Shown piece after piece: positions 10,193 through 21,193 of a DNA stretch of 64,000 nucleotides. Where the stretch lies: contig CAWGJT010000011.1 in the NCBI GenBank assembly GCA_963822965.1, positions 1-64,000 on the forward strand. Direction: 5' to 3'. This DNA is from an uncultured delta proteobacterium (lineage in GTDB: Bacteria > Myxococcota_A > UBA9160 > UBA4427). The stretch's first letter is position 1; each line of letters starts with the position of its first letter. The notes beneath the pieces were generated by a model. It did not search any database and had not been told where the DNA came from. It was given only the letters and a program-made list of their open reading frames with translations. A program made the translations under genes and the position numbers.

Positions 10193-13033
10193 TCAGCGCT
10201 CTGTCCCGCCCGCGATCGGCCGGCCGTCCGGGTCCACCAGGTGGATGGGGCCGAAGCCGGCCTTCCGGATTCCCTCCTCGATGTGCGCGCGGTCGCCCAC
10301 CACCACCCACGTGAGGCGGTGGGGATGCAGCACCTCACGAGCGGCGCGCGTGAGGGATTCGACGGTCTGGGCCCGCATCTGCTCCGGGTAGGTGTCCCAG
10401 TAGTCGTCCGCGAAGCCGAAGCGCACGATCTCCGCGATGGAGCCCTCCACGGCGGAGGCGGTCTCCCAACGGCCGGGGAGGGTGAGGGTCTTGCGGTCCA
10501 CCGCGCGGTCGCGCTCGGCCTGGGTGGGGGGCGCGTCCCCGATGATCCCGTCCAGCTCCTCCTGGATCTCGAGCATGGAATCCACCGTCTTGTCCGTCTG
10601 CACCGGCGCGTACACGATGAACGGCCGCTGTCCCTCGGCGTCGACGAAGAAGGAGTAGGCGCCGTAGGACCAGTGCTTGTCCTCGCGCAGGTTCATGTTG
10701 ATGCGGGCGGTGAAGCCGCCGCCGATCACCTCGTTCATGGCCTCGATGGCGAGCTCGTCGGGGTTGGCGGTCGGGGGCGCCAGGTGGCCCGCAAAGATGA
10801 TCGACTGCAGCGAGCCGGGCCGATCCACCAGGTAGACCGAGCTGCGCTCGGGCAACGGAACCCGCGCGATCGCCTTCTTCGGTACCTCGCCCGGCTTCCA
10901 GGCGGCGAAGAGCTTCTCGAGCCGGGGCTGGATCTCGGCGAGGGTGGTGTCCCCGACCACGATCAGGGTGGCGTTGTTGGGCTTGAACCAGGTGTCGTGG
11001 AAGGCCTGCAGCTCGTCCCGCCCGATGGCCTCGACGGAGGCCTGGGTGCCCGAGCCCGTGAACGAGATGCTGTAGGGGTGCCCCTGGCCGTAGAGCAGCC
11101 GCGGCATCAGGCGCAGGGCCATGGACTGGGGCGTCACCAGCTCGCGCTGGATGGCGGCGAGCTGCTGGCGCTTGATGCGCTCGAACTCCTGCTCGGGGAA
11201 GGCCGGGTGGAGGACGACGTCGGCGAAGAGCTCGAGAGACGGATCGAGGTTCTCGACCAGGGCCGAGAACGACACGTTCGCCATGTCCAGGTTCGAGCCG
11301 CTGGAGAGCTCGGCACCGAGCTCCGCCAGCTCTCGGGAGATCTGCATGGCATCGCGGGTCTCCGTGCCCTCGTCGAGCATGGCGAGCGCGAGGCTCGCCG
11401 TGCCTTCCCGTCCGCCGTCGATCTCGTCGGCCGCGTAGCCCGAGTCGACGAGCAGCTGCATCTCGACGACCGGCACGTCGTGGCGCTCGGCGACGATGAG
11501 CTCGAGACCGTTGGAGAGTCGGGTGCGCTGGAAGGGCGGGAACGGCGCGTCCGGCTCGGGCCCGGGCTTGGGCAGCTGGGAGCGATCGACGTCCGTCTGG
11601 TCGGTGGTGTAGTTCGGATAGGGGCGGACCTCCAGCACCAGTCGCCCGTCGCTGATCCAGCGGTGCGCGGCCTCGTCGACGTCGCGCACGGTGGCCTCGT
11701 CGAAGCGCCGGAGGGTCTCCTGGTAGGCGTCGGGGCTGCCGCCGAAGACCTGGCTGGTCGCCAGGATGTCGGACTTGCCGCCGAAGCCCCCGATGCGCTC
11801 GATGCCGCGCACGAAGGCCGCGCGGTGCTGCACCTTCGCCAGGTCCAGCTCCTCCTGGGTCGGCCCGCGCGCCAGGAAGCTGCGCAGCTCGTCGTCGAGC
11901 ACCGCTTCCACATGGTTCAGGTCCTGGCCGGGCGCGGCGGTCGCCCACACCACGAAGGTGCTGCCGATCTCGTGGGGCCACAGGAAGGCCACGACGTCCG
12001 TGGCGATCTGGTCCTCGTAGACGAGCCGCTTGTAGAGGGGGGACGTCTTGCCCTGGGAGAGGATCGTGCTGAGCAGATCGAGGTAGTCGGCGTCCGGGTC
12101 GCCGATGCCGGGCACGTTCCAGGAGAAGATCACGCGGCCCTGGGGCACCCGGTCCTCGGTCACGACCCGCTTCTCGCCCGTGCGCTTCGCGATCCACTCC
12201 CGCTGCCGGTCGACCGGCGGACCGCTCGGAATGTCGCCGAAGTAGCGCTTCACCCGGGCCAGCACGTCGGCGGGCTCCACGTCTCCGGCAACCACGATGA
12301 CCGCGTTGGCCGCGCCGTAGTAGGTCTTGAACCAGTCGCGCACGTCTTCGAGGCTGGCGGCGTCCAGGTCCTCCATGGAGCCGATGGTCGACCACGAGTA
12401 GGGATGTCCGGCGGGATAGCTCTCTTCCGTGAGCAGGGTGAAGATCTTGCCGTAGGGCTGGTTCTCGCCCTGTCGCTTCTCGTTCTGGACGACGCCGCGC
12501 TGCTCGTCGAGCCGGGCCTGGTCGATGGCGCCGAGCAGGTGACCCATGCGGTCGGATTCCATGAAGAGCGCCAGGTCGAGGGCGTTGGTCGGCACGTTCT
12601 GGAAGTAGTTCGTCCGGTCGGGATCGGTGGTGCCGTTCATCTCCGTGGCGCCGACGCTCTCGAAGGGCTCGAAGTAGTCGTGGTTGTAGTTCTCGCTGCC
12701 GTTGAACATCAGGTGCTCGAAGAGGTGCGCGAAGCCGGTCTTGCCGGGCTTCTCGTTCTTCGAGCCCACGTGATACCAGACGTTGACGGCAACGATCGGG
12801 GCCTTGTGGTCCTCGTGGACGATGAGCGTGAGGCCGTTGTCGAGCACGAACTTCTCGTAGGGGATGTCGATCTCGGCGCCCTTCTCCTTGCCGGCGCCGG
12901 GTGCGCCGCCGAACATCGCGCAGGCACCCGCGAGGGGAGCGATGAGCGCGAGCAGGAGAATCGTGGATCGCCTCGCGGCGTTCCGGCGTTTCGCCCGGTG
13001 CCCGCGACCGACTGCTTCGGCGATGCCCCCCAT
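10193..13033 (-). CDS. M16 family zinc peptidase (pitrilysin/PqqL-like), probable lipoprotein
   Basis: Inverzincin HLFEH, two M16 halves, [12 protein letters not shown]-terminal hydrophobic segment ending AGAC. Confidence 0.92.
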   Translation of the reverse strand: MGGIAEAVGRGHRAKRRNAARRSTILLLALIAPLAGACAMFGGAPGAGKEKGAEIDIPYEKFVLDNGLTLIVHEDHKAPIVAVNVWYHVGSKNEKPGKTGFAHLFEHLMFNGSENYNHDYFEPFESVGATEMNGTTDPDRTNYFQNVPTNALDLALFMESDRMGHLLGAIDQARLDEQRGVVQNEKRQGENQPYGKIFTLLTEESYPAGHPYSWSTIGSMEDLDAASLEDVRDWFKTYYGAANAVIVVAGDVEPADVLARVKRYFGDIPSGPPVDRQREWIAKRTGEKRVVTEDRVPQGRVIFSWNVPGIGDPDADYLDLLSTILSQGKTSPLYKRLVYEDQIATDVVAFLWPHEIGSTFVVWATAAPGQDLNHVEAVLDDELRSFLARGPTQEELDLAKVQHRAAFVRGIERIGGFGGKSDILATSQVFGGSPDAYQETLRRFDEATVRDVDEAAHRWISDGRLVLEVRPYPNYTTDQTDVDRSQLPKPGPEPDAPFPPFQRTRLSNGLELIVAERHDVPVVEMQLLVDSGYAADEIDGGREGTASLALAMLDEGTETRDAMQISRELAELGAELSSGSNLDMANVSFSALVENLDPSLELFADVVLHPAFPEQEFERIKRQQLAAIQRELVTPQSMALRLMPRLLYGQGHPYSISFTGSGTQASVEAIGRDELQAFHDTWFKPNNATLIVVGDTTLAEIQPRLEKLFAAWKPGEVPKKAIARVPLPERSSVYLVDRPGSLQSIIFAGHLAPPTANPDELAIEAMNEVIGGGFTARINMNLREDKHWSYGAYSFFVDAEGQRPFIVYAPVQTDKTVDSMLEIQEELDGIIGDAPPTQAERDRAVDRKTLTLPGRWETASAVEGSIAEIVRFGFADDYWDTYPEQMRAQTVESLTRAAREVLHPHRLTWVVVGDRAHIEEGIRKAGFGPIHLVDPDGRPIAGGTER

Positions 13034-13188
13034 CCTCGCTCTCCTCCTCGATCTCGATCGATTTCGCGCGCTCCGGGCGCCGACGGGCGGCGATGGTATC
13101 GGCTGGGACCGGGTTGCGCTCTCGCGGGAAGGCGTCCACCCGCACGCGATTCGTCAAGCTCCGCCGGGGGAAGGACGATGCGCGGGCC

Positions 13189-13932
13189 ATGGAGAAGCCG
13201 AAGGTCGGTGAGATTCTGCTGCGTGCGGGGCTGATCGACGAGATGCAGCTGCGCGCGGCTCTCGCCGACCAGAACCACTGGGGTCGCAGGCTCGGCATCA
13301 CCCTCGTCCGCATGGGTGTGCTCGAGGAGCACGATCTCGTGCGGGCCCTGGCCCAGCAGCTGGAGCTGCCCGTCGTGGGGCTCGAGGGCAAGCGCGTCCA
13401 GCCCGAGGTGCTGGACCTGGTGCCGGTGGAGCTCGCCGAGAAGCACCTGTGCGTCCCGCTCTTCGTGAAGGATCACAACGGGCGGCGGACACTCTACGTC
13501 GGAATGGACGATCCCACCGACCTCGAGGCGGTGGACGTGCTGGCCTTCCACAGCGGGCTCGTCGTCCAACCCGTCCTCGTCTCTCCGAGCGAGCTGTGCG
13601 AGGCGATCGATCGCCTCTATCGGGGCGAGCGCGGCATCGACTTCGACCCGGCCGCAGACGACCCCGACGCCGGACCCACCCGGGCCGGAGTCGACGAGAT
13701 GCCCCTGGTGCAGGAGTCCCTGTTCCGGGAGGTCGGCGGAGAGGTTCCCGCTGCCGCGGCGCAGGCGCCCCCGGCCCCGGAGCCCGCAGTGTCGAGCTCG
13801 GAGGCCGCCGAGGACGCCCACCGGACCATTCTTCGGGCCCTTTGCCAGCTGCTGATCGAGAAGCAGGTGATTCGTCGGGACGAGCTACAGGCCCTGGTGC
13901 GGTCGCTTCAGGAGCCCGACCCGGACGCCTGA
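13189..13932 (+). CDS. MshEN / T2SSE_N domain protein without ATPase (putative c-di-GMP receptor)
   Basis: Tandem [24 protein letters not shown] and [24 protein letters not shown] with a 5-aa linker; [10 protein letters not shown]. Confidence 0.82.
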   Translation: MEKPKVGEILLRAGLIDEMQLRAALADQNHWGRRLGITLVRMGVLEEHDLVRALAQQLELPVVGLEGKRVQPEVLDLVPVELAEKHLCVPLFVKDHNGRRTLYVGMDDPTDLEAVDVLAFHSGLVVQPVLVSPSELCEAIDRLYRGERGIDFDPAADDPDAGPTRAGVDEMPLVQESLFREVGGEVPAAAAQAPPAPEPAVSSSEAAEDAHRTILRALCQLLIEKQVIRRDELQALVRSLQEPDPDA

Positions 13933-13971
13933 GCCCGCAGTCCCGGCCCCTCCCGAGTGGCCTGCCGTCGC

Positions 13972-14000
13972 TTGACACGGCGCGTCGTCGGCGCGAGAGT
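13972..14000 (+). promoter_or_regulatory. Putative sigma70 promoter TTGACA-N17-GAGAGT
   Basis: Perfect -35; -10-like hexamer 6 nt before ATG 14007. Confidence 0.5.
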
Positions 14001-14006
14001 GCGCCA

Positions 14007-14312
14007 ATGCGGCTCGAATACCGTTTGGAGCTCTCCGAGGTCGGGGTTCCCCGATTTTCGGTCGAGGCCCAGGAGGGCATCGCGAAGCTCTTCACCCTGA
14101 CGACCCTGGTGCTCAACGTGCTCGAGAGCCGTCCGGTGGTGGAGATCGTCTTCCACGGCATCAACCGGGAAGACCCGGACCGCAAGATCACCGCCTTCCA
14201 GGAGATCGTCGAGAGCGCCGCGCTGAAGTCGCCGGTGTCGTACGAGAACGGCCGCGCGGGGCGCATCGGGTCGTCGTCCAGCTTCTACCAGTGGCTGGTG
14301 GTCAAGCGGTAG
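14007..14312 (+). CDS. Hypothetical protein (101 aa)
   Basis: High-GC3 codon usage, protein-like composition, upstream promoter; no family recognised. Confidence 0.65.
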   Translation: MRLEYRLELSEVGVPRFSVEAQEGIAKLFTLTTLVLNVLESRPVVEIVFHGINREDPDRKITAFQEIVESAALKSPVSYENGRAGRIGSSSSFYQWLVVKR

Positions 14313-15189
14313 TCGCTCGGCCACCCTCCGGGCCGCAGTCGCGGCCCTCGAAGAGATGGTTTCGCGCCCGGCTCTCGCGCAGGATGCGGGCCATCACGCG
14401 CTCGCTCGATTCCCGGAAGGGCAGGGCCTGCGCGTAGCGCGCGAAGAGGGCCCGCCGCTCGGCCGCGCTCGCGTGGTCGTCCGGGACGGACGCGTTCAGC
14501 TGGGACAGGTCTTCGATGCGGCGATCGTCGCCGAGCCGCCGCCGGAAGCGCACGCCTTCGAGGTCGATGAGACGGGTGCGAGGCGGCGTGCCGGCCCCGA
14601 CCGATTCGTCCACGTGGACGTGCTGGGCGCGCAGGTCTCCGTGGACGACGCCGGCCCGGTGCAGGGCGACGAGGAGGGCCTCCAGCGCGGCGAGCGCCCG
14701 CGAGCGCGGGCCCGGCCCCTCCCCGAGCAGCGCCGCGGCGGTGGGCACGTCGCGTAGATCGGCCGACACCAGCAGCGAGCGCACGGTCAGCCCGCCCACC
14801 CGCTGCTCCACCACCGCGTAGGGCAGGGCGGCCCCGATTCCCCGCCCGATCAGGGCGCGACCCGCGCGGAACGCCCGGGTCGCCGGCGCACCGCGCACGC
14901 GATCCGCCAGCAGGCGTCGCACGCCTCCCTTGCGCACCTCCTTCACCACCACCGGCAGGCCGGCGATCGAGACGGCGGTCACCCGTGATCGAGGGTCGCG
15001 CTTGAGGATCGTCGCGTCCGCCGCCGCCGGGGACCCGGGCAGCGGTGCGACGTCCATGCCGTGCGCCGCCACCGCGCGCGCGATCGTCGCCGGCTCCACG
15101 CGCTCGTCGCGGATCCCGCGCAGACGGGCTCCGCCCGAGTCCAGCGTGAAGGGGACCGCGCGCCCGACGGCGTCCGGATCGATGCTCAC
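14302..15189 (-). CDS. Lipopolysaccharide kinase (Kdo/WaaP/InaA-like)
   Basis: VVVKE, LHRAGVVHGDLRAQH, LIDLEG, DLSQLNAS; coupled to the upstream GT4 gene. Confidence 0.75.
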   Translation of the reverse strand: MSIDPDAVGRAVPFTLDSGGARLRGIRDERVEPATIARAVAAHGMDVAPLPGSPAAADATILKRDPRSRVTAVSIAGLPVVVKEVRKGGVRRLLADRVRGAPATRAFRAGRALIGRGIGAALPYAVVEQRVGGLTVRSLLVSADLRDVPTAAALLGEGPGPRSRALAALEALLVALHRAGVVHGDLRAQHVHVDESVGAGTPPRTRLIDLEGVRFRRRLGDDRRIEDLSQLNASVPDDHASAAERRALFARYAQALPFRESSERVMARILRESRARNHLFEGRDCGPEGGRATTA

Positions 15190-16291
15190 CGGCGCATCCG
15201 CCGGTAGAGCGCGCGCAGGGCCTCGACGTGTGCGGGCCAGCTGAAGGCCCGCGCGATCTCCTCTCCGCGCGCGCCCATGCGCCTGCGCTCGCCGGCGTCC
15301 GCCAGCCGGTCGAGGGCCCGCGCGAAGCCGAGGGCGTCCTCCGGGTCGCGCACCACGACGCCGGCGTCTTCGAGGATCTCCGCGCTGCCGTTGTTGGCGC
15401 TCGTCACCACGGGAAGCCCCGAAGCGGCGGCCTCGAGACAGACGTTGGCGAAGGCGTCGTAGCGGGTCGGCAGGAGCAGCCCGTCGACCTCCCGGTAGAG
15501 GCTCTCGATGCCGGCGCGCGGTCCGAGAAAGAGACGCGGTCGCCGATGCCGAGCCGGGAAGCGCGGCGCTGCCAGGCACGCGGATCGTCCCGGCCGGCCA
15601 CCCACAGATGCGCCCGCGCGGCCCGGGACGCGACGAGCGCCTCGAAGGCGACGTCGAGTCCCTTGCGGTGCCAGCCCGATCCGGCGAAGAGCCAGATCGG
15701 ACGGGTGTCGCGTGGGCTCGCCTGCCGATCGGGCCGGGGGTGGAAGCGCCGCGAATCGACCCCGTTGTAGATGACGTGCAGCCGCTCGGCACGCACGGCG
15801 TAGCGGCGGGCGATCTGGTCGCGCACGAGCTTCGAGCCGCACTGGATCCACTGGGATGGGTCCTCGAAGATGCGGCGCTCCATCGCCAGCAGCACCGCGT
15901 GGCGCGGGCTCAGCCGCCGCAGCCGCCGTGGCAGGGGGCGATAGGCGTGCTGCATGTAGTCCGCGTGGCAGCCGCCGCCCGCGCGATAGAGGTCCTGGTG
16001 GAGCGTGCGGCTGAAGGCGTGGACCACGTCGAACTCGCCGCGCGGCGCGAGCCGGGCGGCTTCGCGCGCGAAGGCGAGCACCCGCAGCGGCTGCCAGGAG
16101 ACGCGGACGTTGGCCCGGTGCAGCACGATCGCCGCGGACTCGGCGGCACGTCGGGCGACGACGTGCACCTCGTCTCCCGCCTCGGCGAGGCCGTGGGCGA
16201 CCTGCCAGGCGACGGACTCCATGCCGCCGCCGCGGGGCTCGAAGCGTTCGATCACCAGGGCGACGCGCATGCGGGCGCGCTGGGCCGCCAT
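15186..16291 (-). pseudogene. GT4 glycosyltransferase (WaaG-like LPS core) with one frameshift at ~15529
   Basis: MRVALVIERF..GGME, VIYNGVD, GWHRKGL in one frame; LPTRYDAFANVCLEAAASGLPVV in the next. Confidence 0.82.
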
Positions 16292-16349
16292 CCCGTCAGG
16301 GTAATGCGCCGTCCCGCGACCTGCATCGCCTCCGGTGCGCCCTCCGCTC

Positions 16350-16379
16350 TTGACGGCATCGGAAGGCCCTCCGTATAGT
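16350..16379 (+). promoter_or_regulatory. Sigma70 promoter TTGACG-N18-TATAGT for the Gld-like ABC operon
   Basis: Near-consensus -35/-10 in the divergent intergenic region. Confidence 0.65.
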
Positions 16380-16412
16380 CCCGGCGCCTCCCCGAAAGCC
16401 CCGCGGATTCCA

Positions 16413-17183
16413 TTGTCTGCCATCGAGGTCCAGAACCTCTCGAAGCATTTCGGGAGCGTGGTCGCCGTCGACGACATCTCGTTCTCCGTCGAGCGTGGCG
16501 AGGTCGTGGGCTTTCTCGGCCCCAACGGCGCGGGCAAGACCACCACCATGCGCATGCTCACGGGCTTCCTGCCGCCGAGCGAGGGAAGCGTCCGCATCGC
16601 GGGACACGACACCTTCGCGGAGCCGCTCGCCGCCCGCGCGGCGGTGGGATACCTGCCCGAGACGCCGCCGCTGCACCCGGAGATGACGGTGGCGTCCTAC
16701 CTCCGGTACGTGACGGCCATCAAGGGCGTGTCCCGCGCGCGGCGCCGGGACGCCGTGGCCCGGGCCGTGGAGCGCTGCGGGCTCTCCGGGGTGGCGCGAC
16801 GCGTCATCGGTACCCTCTCCAAGGGCTACCGCCAGCGGGTGGGACTCGCCCAGGCGATCGTGCACGAGCCGCCGGTGCTCGTCCTCGACGAGCCGACGGT
16901 CGGGCTCGATCCGATCCAGATCCGCGAGATCCGCAGCCTCATCCAGACCCTGTCCGCGCCCGTCGCGGAGGGCGCCGCGCGACAGACGGTGATCCTCTCG
17001 ACCCACATCCTGACGGAGGTGGAGGCGATCTGTGACCGCGTGATCCTGATGGACCGGGGCATCAAGGCCGTCGACCAGGGCCTGGCCTCGCTCACCGAAG
17101 GGGGTCGCTCCCTCGAGGAGATCTTCACCCAGGTGACCTCGCGCGACCGGGGAGCGCTGCGCGGGGGGACGGTGTCGGCATGA
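16413..17183 (+). CDS. ABC transporter ATP-binding protein (GldA-like)
   Basis: GPNGAGKTT, LSKGYRQRVGLAQA, LDEPTVGLDP, STH; TTG start inferred. Confidence 0.88.
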   Translation: MSAIEVQNLSKHFGSVVAVDDISFSVERGEVVGFLGPNGAGKTTTMRMLTGFLPPSEGSVRIAGHDTFAEPLAARAAVGYLPETPPLHPEMTVASYLRYVTAIKGVSRARRRDAVARAVERCGLSGVARRVIGTLSKGYRQRVGLAQAIVHEPPVLVLDEPTVGLDPIQIREIRSLIQTLSAPVAEGAARQTVILSTHILTEVEAICDRVILMDRGIKAVDQGLASLTEGGRSLEEIFTQVTSRDRGALRGGTVSA

Positions 17184-17977
17184 GGCGCGTGCTGCCCGTC
17201 GCCGCCCGGGAGCTCCAGTCCTTCTTCGTCTCGCCGGTGGCCTACGTGGTGCTCACCCTGTGGTCGGTCCTGGCCGGCAGCCTCTTCCTGTCGGCGCTGC
17301 TCGGCTTCCTCGCCGAGGAGGAGCAGGCCCGCCGCCTGCAGGCCATGGGGCACATGGCGCAGCAGAACCTGAACGACGGGCTCATCGCGCCCTTCGTCGG
17401 CTCCATGTGGATCGTCATGCTCTTCCTCGCGCCGGCCATGACCATGGGGCTGTTCGCGAGCGAGAAGGCGAACGGCACCGAAGAGCTGCTGCTCACCAGC
17501 CCGCTCACCGGCTGGGACATCGTGCTCGGCAAGTTCGGCGCCGGCGCCGTCTTCGCGAGCGGGATGGTGGCCATCGCCGCCTTCTTCCCCGCGCTGCTCT
17601 TCGTCTACGGCGATCCCGAGCTCGGGAAGACGGCGTCGGGGCTGCTCGGCCTGCTGCTGGTGAGTCTCGCCTACGTCGCGGTCGGTGCGTTCGCGTCGTC
17701 GCTCACGCGCAACCAGCTCATCTCCTTCGTGCTCACCCTGGTGACGCTGCTGGTGCTGGGACTGCTGCTGCCCTTCATCGCGGCGGCGGGGGCGGCCGGC
17801 GGGCTCGGCCAGGGCGGGAGCGTCTCCGCGGCCCTCTCCTGGATCGCCACCGGCCACCACACCGATCGCATGCTGTCGGGGCTGGTGGACACGGCCGACC
17901 TCGCCTACTTCGCCATCGTCACCGCCGCGTTCCTGCTGCTCACGAAGACCGCCGTCGAATCGGTGAGGTGGCGATAG
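17180..17977 (+). CDS. ABC-2 permease (GldF-like)
   Basis: RELQSFFVSPVAY, TMGLFASEKANGTEELLLTSP, IVLGKF, LTRNQ. Confidence 0.85.
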   Translation: MRRVLPVAARELQSFFVSPVAYVVLTLWSVLAGSLFLSALLGFLAEEEQARRLQAMGHMAQQNLNDGLIAPFVGSMWIVMLFLAPAMTMGLFASEKANGTEELLLTSPLTGWDIVLGKFGAGAVFASGMVAIAAFFPALLFVYGDPELGKTASGLLGLLLVSLAYVAVGAFASSLTRNQLISFVLTLVTLLVLGLLLPFIAAAGAAGGLGQGGSVSAALSWIATGHHTDRMLSGLVDTADLAYFAIVTAAFLLLTKTAVESVRWR

Positions 17978-18024
17978 TGATCCGTCCGCTTCCGCTCCGA
18001 GCCGACGGGACCGGGCGCTAGCCC

Positions 18025-19638
18025 GTGGGTCTCGCCGCGCTCCTCGGCGCGCTCGGCGCGGTGGCCTTCGGCTTCGGGCTGCTGTGCCTGCTGCTGGCGG
18101 CCTTCCAGCCGCTCATGCCCCTCACCTGGGTTTTCGGGAACCTGCTGGCGGGTCTCGTGCTGCTGGTGGCCGCGGCGAGCCTCGGGTTCGACTCCCTGCG
18201 CGAGCGCATGCGCTCCACCGGCGGGCGGCGCGCGACCGTGCAGGGCGCGAGCTCGATCGCGGGCGCGCTGCTGGGGCTCGTCTTCCTGGGACTGCTGGCC
18301 TTCCTCTCCACCCGCTACTCCGCGCGCTTCGACTGGACCGAGCAGCAGGTCAACACCCTGTCGGACCAGAGCCTGAAGGTGCTGGCGGATTTCGACGGGC
18401 CGGTGGAGCTGATCGCCTTCTTCTCCGAGGAGGACTCGAGCCTCGTCCGCGACCTGCTGGAGCGCTACGACCACGCGAGCGACCGGCTCACGGTGCGCTT
18501 CGTCGACCCGAACCAGCGGCCCGATCTGGTGGAGTCCTACCACCTGGCGGCGAGCGACCTGGCGCGCGGCATGATGCTGGCGGTGCGGGGAACGCAGTCG
18601 GTCGCGATCCGGTCCTTCGACGAGGCGGAGATCACGAACGCCCTGGTCAAGCTCACCCGGGGCGCCGCACGCACCGTCTACTTCCTGGAGGGCCACAACG
18701 AGCGACGCATCGGGCCGGCCGAAGGGGAGGACGCGGACGGCGACGCGCCGGCCGCCGACGACGTGGAGTCGCCGGAAGGCCGGGCCGGCTTCGGACGGGC
18801 GGCGGCGGCGCTGCGCAACGAGACGAACGTGGTGAAGCCGCTGCTGCTGGCGACCGCGGGCGAGGTACCCGCCGACGCCGACGCGGTGGTCGTCGCCGGG
18901 CCCACGCGCCCGCTCCTCGAGGGCGAGGGCGAAGCGCTCGAGCGCTATCTGGCACGCGGCGGTGCCCTGCTCGTGATGGTGGACCCCCGGGCCCAGACGA
19001 ACCTCTACGACCTGCTGCAGCGCTGGGGCGTCGACGTGGGCGACGACGTCGTGGTCGACCCGGTGCAGTCGGTGAGCCGCCAGCCCACGGCTCCCGTGGC
19101 GGACCGCTTCCCCGGCCACCCCATCACCGCGAAGCTCGGCCGCGTGGTCTTCTCGATGGTGCGCAGCGTCGTCCCGGGGGCGACGGCGTCCGCCGACCTG
19201 GTCCCCCTGGTCGAGACCAGCGCCAGCTCCTGGGCCGAACGCGACCTCGACGCCTGGATGAAGACCGGACGCGCCATGGAGGACGAGAACGACCTCGCGG
19301 GCCCCGTCTCCGTCGCCGTCGCGGGAACGCCGAACGTCTCGGGCCAGTCGGCGGACGCGACGCCTCGCATCGTCGTCTTCGGTGACTCGAACTTCGCCAC
19401 CAACGAGCTGCTCGACGCCCTCGACGACCGCGACCTGCTGCTCAACACCGTCGACTGGCTGGTCGGCGACGTGGAGCGGATCGGCATCCGGCCCAACGTG
19501 GCGCGCACGTCGAGCGTGTCGCTCACGGCCGGACAGCTGCAGGCCATCCAGTATCTCTCGCTCTTCGTGCTGCCGGAGGGGATCGCCCTGGTGGGGATCC
19601 TGGTCTGGTGGCTGCGCCGGCGCGCGCCCGCGGGCTGA
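18025..19638 (+). CDS. GldG-like ABC auxiliary protein
   Basis: RFDWTEQQVNTLSDQS, VYFLEGHNE, VVAGPTRPL, VFGDSNF, C-terminal TM + WWLRRR. Confidence 0.85.
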   Translation: MGLAALLGALGAVAFGFGLLCLLLAAFQPLMPLTWVFGNLLAGLVLLVAAASLGFDSLRERMRSTGGRRATVQGASSIAGALLGLVFLGLLAFLSTRYSARFDWTEQQVNTLSDQSLKVLADFDGPVELIAFFSEEDSSLVRDLLERYDHASDRLTVRFVDPNQRPDLVESYHLAASDLARGMMLAVRGTQSVAIRSFDEAEITNALVKLTRGAARTVYFLEGHNERRIGPAEGEDADGDAPAADDVESPEGRAGFGRAAAALRNETNVVKPLLLATAGEVPADADAVVVAGPTRPLLEGEGEALERYLARGGALLVMVDPRAQTNLYDLLQRWGVDVGDDVVVDPVQSVSRQPTAPVADRFPGHPITAKLGRVVFSMVRSVVPGATASADLVPLVETSASSWAERDLDAWMKTGRAMEDENDLAGPVSVAVAGTPNVSGQSADATPRIVVFGDSNFATNELLDALDDRDLLLNTVDWLVGDVERIGIRPNVARTSSVSLTAGQLQAIQYLSLFVLPEGIALVGILVWWLRRRAPAG

Positions 19639-19641
19639 GCC

Positions 19642-21078
19642 ATGTCACCGCGTGCCACCGGTTGGCTGCTGCTCGCGACCCTGGCGCTGGCGGCCTTCGT
19701 GTGGCTCTACGAGATTCGCGGCGCGCCCGAGCGCGAGGCCGAGGCCGAGCGCCAGGAGCGGATCTTTCCCGATCTCGATCCCCAGGCCGTCACCGCCATC
19801 CGCCTCGAGCGCGCGGACACGCCGGCCGTGCGCGCGGTGCGGGAGGGCGACGGCTGGCGCCTGGTCGTGCCGTATGCGAGCCCGGCGGACGCGCCCTCCC
19901 TCGACGCGATGGCCCGCCGCCTGGCCCGCATGAAGCGCGCGGGCCGCATCGAGGATCCCGCGGCCCCGGAGGTCTACGGTCTCGACGCGAAGGCCCTGGT
20001 GGTGGGCTTCGAGACCGCCGACGGAACGCACGTGATCCGCATCGGACGGGAGACGCCCGTCGGCGGCAACGTCTACGTGGCACTGGGCGCGCCGGAGGAC
20101 GAGCCCGCACCGCAGATGATCCCGAGCGCCGACGCGGCGGTCTTCGACCGTTCGGCCGACGCGCTGCGCGACCGGCGCATCCTCGCCTTCTCGCCGGACC
20201 AGGTGGCGCGCGTGCACATCGTCGCGCAGCCGCCTCCGGATGCGACGGGCGGTCTCGACGTGCTGCTCGCCCGGGAGGACGGCCGCTTCGCGATCCGCGA
20301 GCCCGCGCCGCTCACCGCCGACCAGGCCGCCGTCGAGCGGCTGCTCTCGGACCTGTCGCTGCTGCGCGCGGACTCCTTCGTCGACGATCCCGACGCGGCG
20401 CTCCGGGACGCCCTCGTATCGCCGGGCTACGAGATCGTGCTGCAGGACGCCGGGGGCAAGCCCCTCGCGCGGCTCGCCCTGGCGAGAGAGTCGGCGGCGC
20501 CCGACGAGGCCAGGGAGGGATTCCGCATCGCCCTCGCCCACGACGGCTCGATCGTGCGAGTGCGGGAGGCCCTCGTCGCGCACCTCCCCAAGCGTCTCTT
20601 CGCCCTGCGGCCCAAGCAGGTGGCGCGCTTCGACCTCGCGGACGTGCACGACGTGGAGCTGCGCTTCGGCGCCGCGGAGCCCTTGCTGCTCGAGCGGGAC
20701 GCCGCCTCGCCCGGCTGGACCCTCGCCGGCGAGCCGGTGCGCGCCGAGCCCGTCGACGAGCTGCTCGAGGCGCTCGCGCACCTCGATGCGGTGGACATCG
20801 TCGCGGAGTCCATGGGGGAGACGGAGCTCGCCGGTGTCGGCCTGGCGCCGCCCCGCCTGGAGGTGCTCGTGCGCGGCAGGACGGGACCCGCGAACGAGGG
20901 CGAGGCGCCGCCGCTCGCCGATCTGCGCATCGGCCACAGCGACCCCATTCGGGGCGCGCTCGTCCAGACCCAGGAGCGCAGCGAGATCCTGCGCCTGTCG
21001 ACGTCGGTCGACAGCGCCCTGCCGCGAGATCGCGCTTCGTTCCTCGAGACGTTGCGCGACGCGCCCGCGTCGGAGTAG
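19642..21078 (+). CDS. DUF4340 domain protein
   Basis: N-terminal TM, repeated DUF4340-like units (YGLD, IGRETP, LRDRRIL); typical fourth gene of gldAFG-like clusters. Confidence 0.75.
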   Translation: MSPRATGWLLLATLALAAFVWLYEIRGAPEREAEAERQERIFPDLDPQAVTAIRLERADTPAVRAVREGDGWRLVVPYASPADAPSLDAMARRLARMKRAGRIEDPAAPEVYGLDAKALVVGFETADGTHVIRIGRETPVGGNVYVALGAPEDEPAPQMIPSADAAVFDRSADALRDRRILAFSPDQVARVHIVAQPPPDATGGLDVLLAREDGRFAIREPAPLTADQAAVERLLSDLSLLRADSFVDDPDAALRDALVSPGYEIVLQDAGGKPLARLALARESAAPDEAREGFRIALAHDGSIVRVREALVAHLPKRLFALRPKQVARFDLADVHDVELRFGAAEPLLLERDAASPGWTLAGEPVRAEPVDELLEALAHLDAVDIVAESMGETELAGVGLAPPRLEVLVRGRTGPANEGEAPPLADLRIGHSDPIRGALVQTQERSEILRLSTSVDSALPRDRASFLETLRDAPASE

Positions 21079-21193
21079 CGGACGAGCCCGCAGGATTCGC
21101 CTGCGGCGACACGGCGACCAGGACTTCGTCACGGGTCGCGCTCCTGGCCCTGCGCTTGTCCCGTTCGGGGGCCTCTGTCAGACTGGCGCCACC

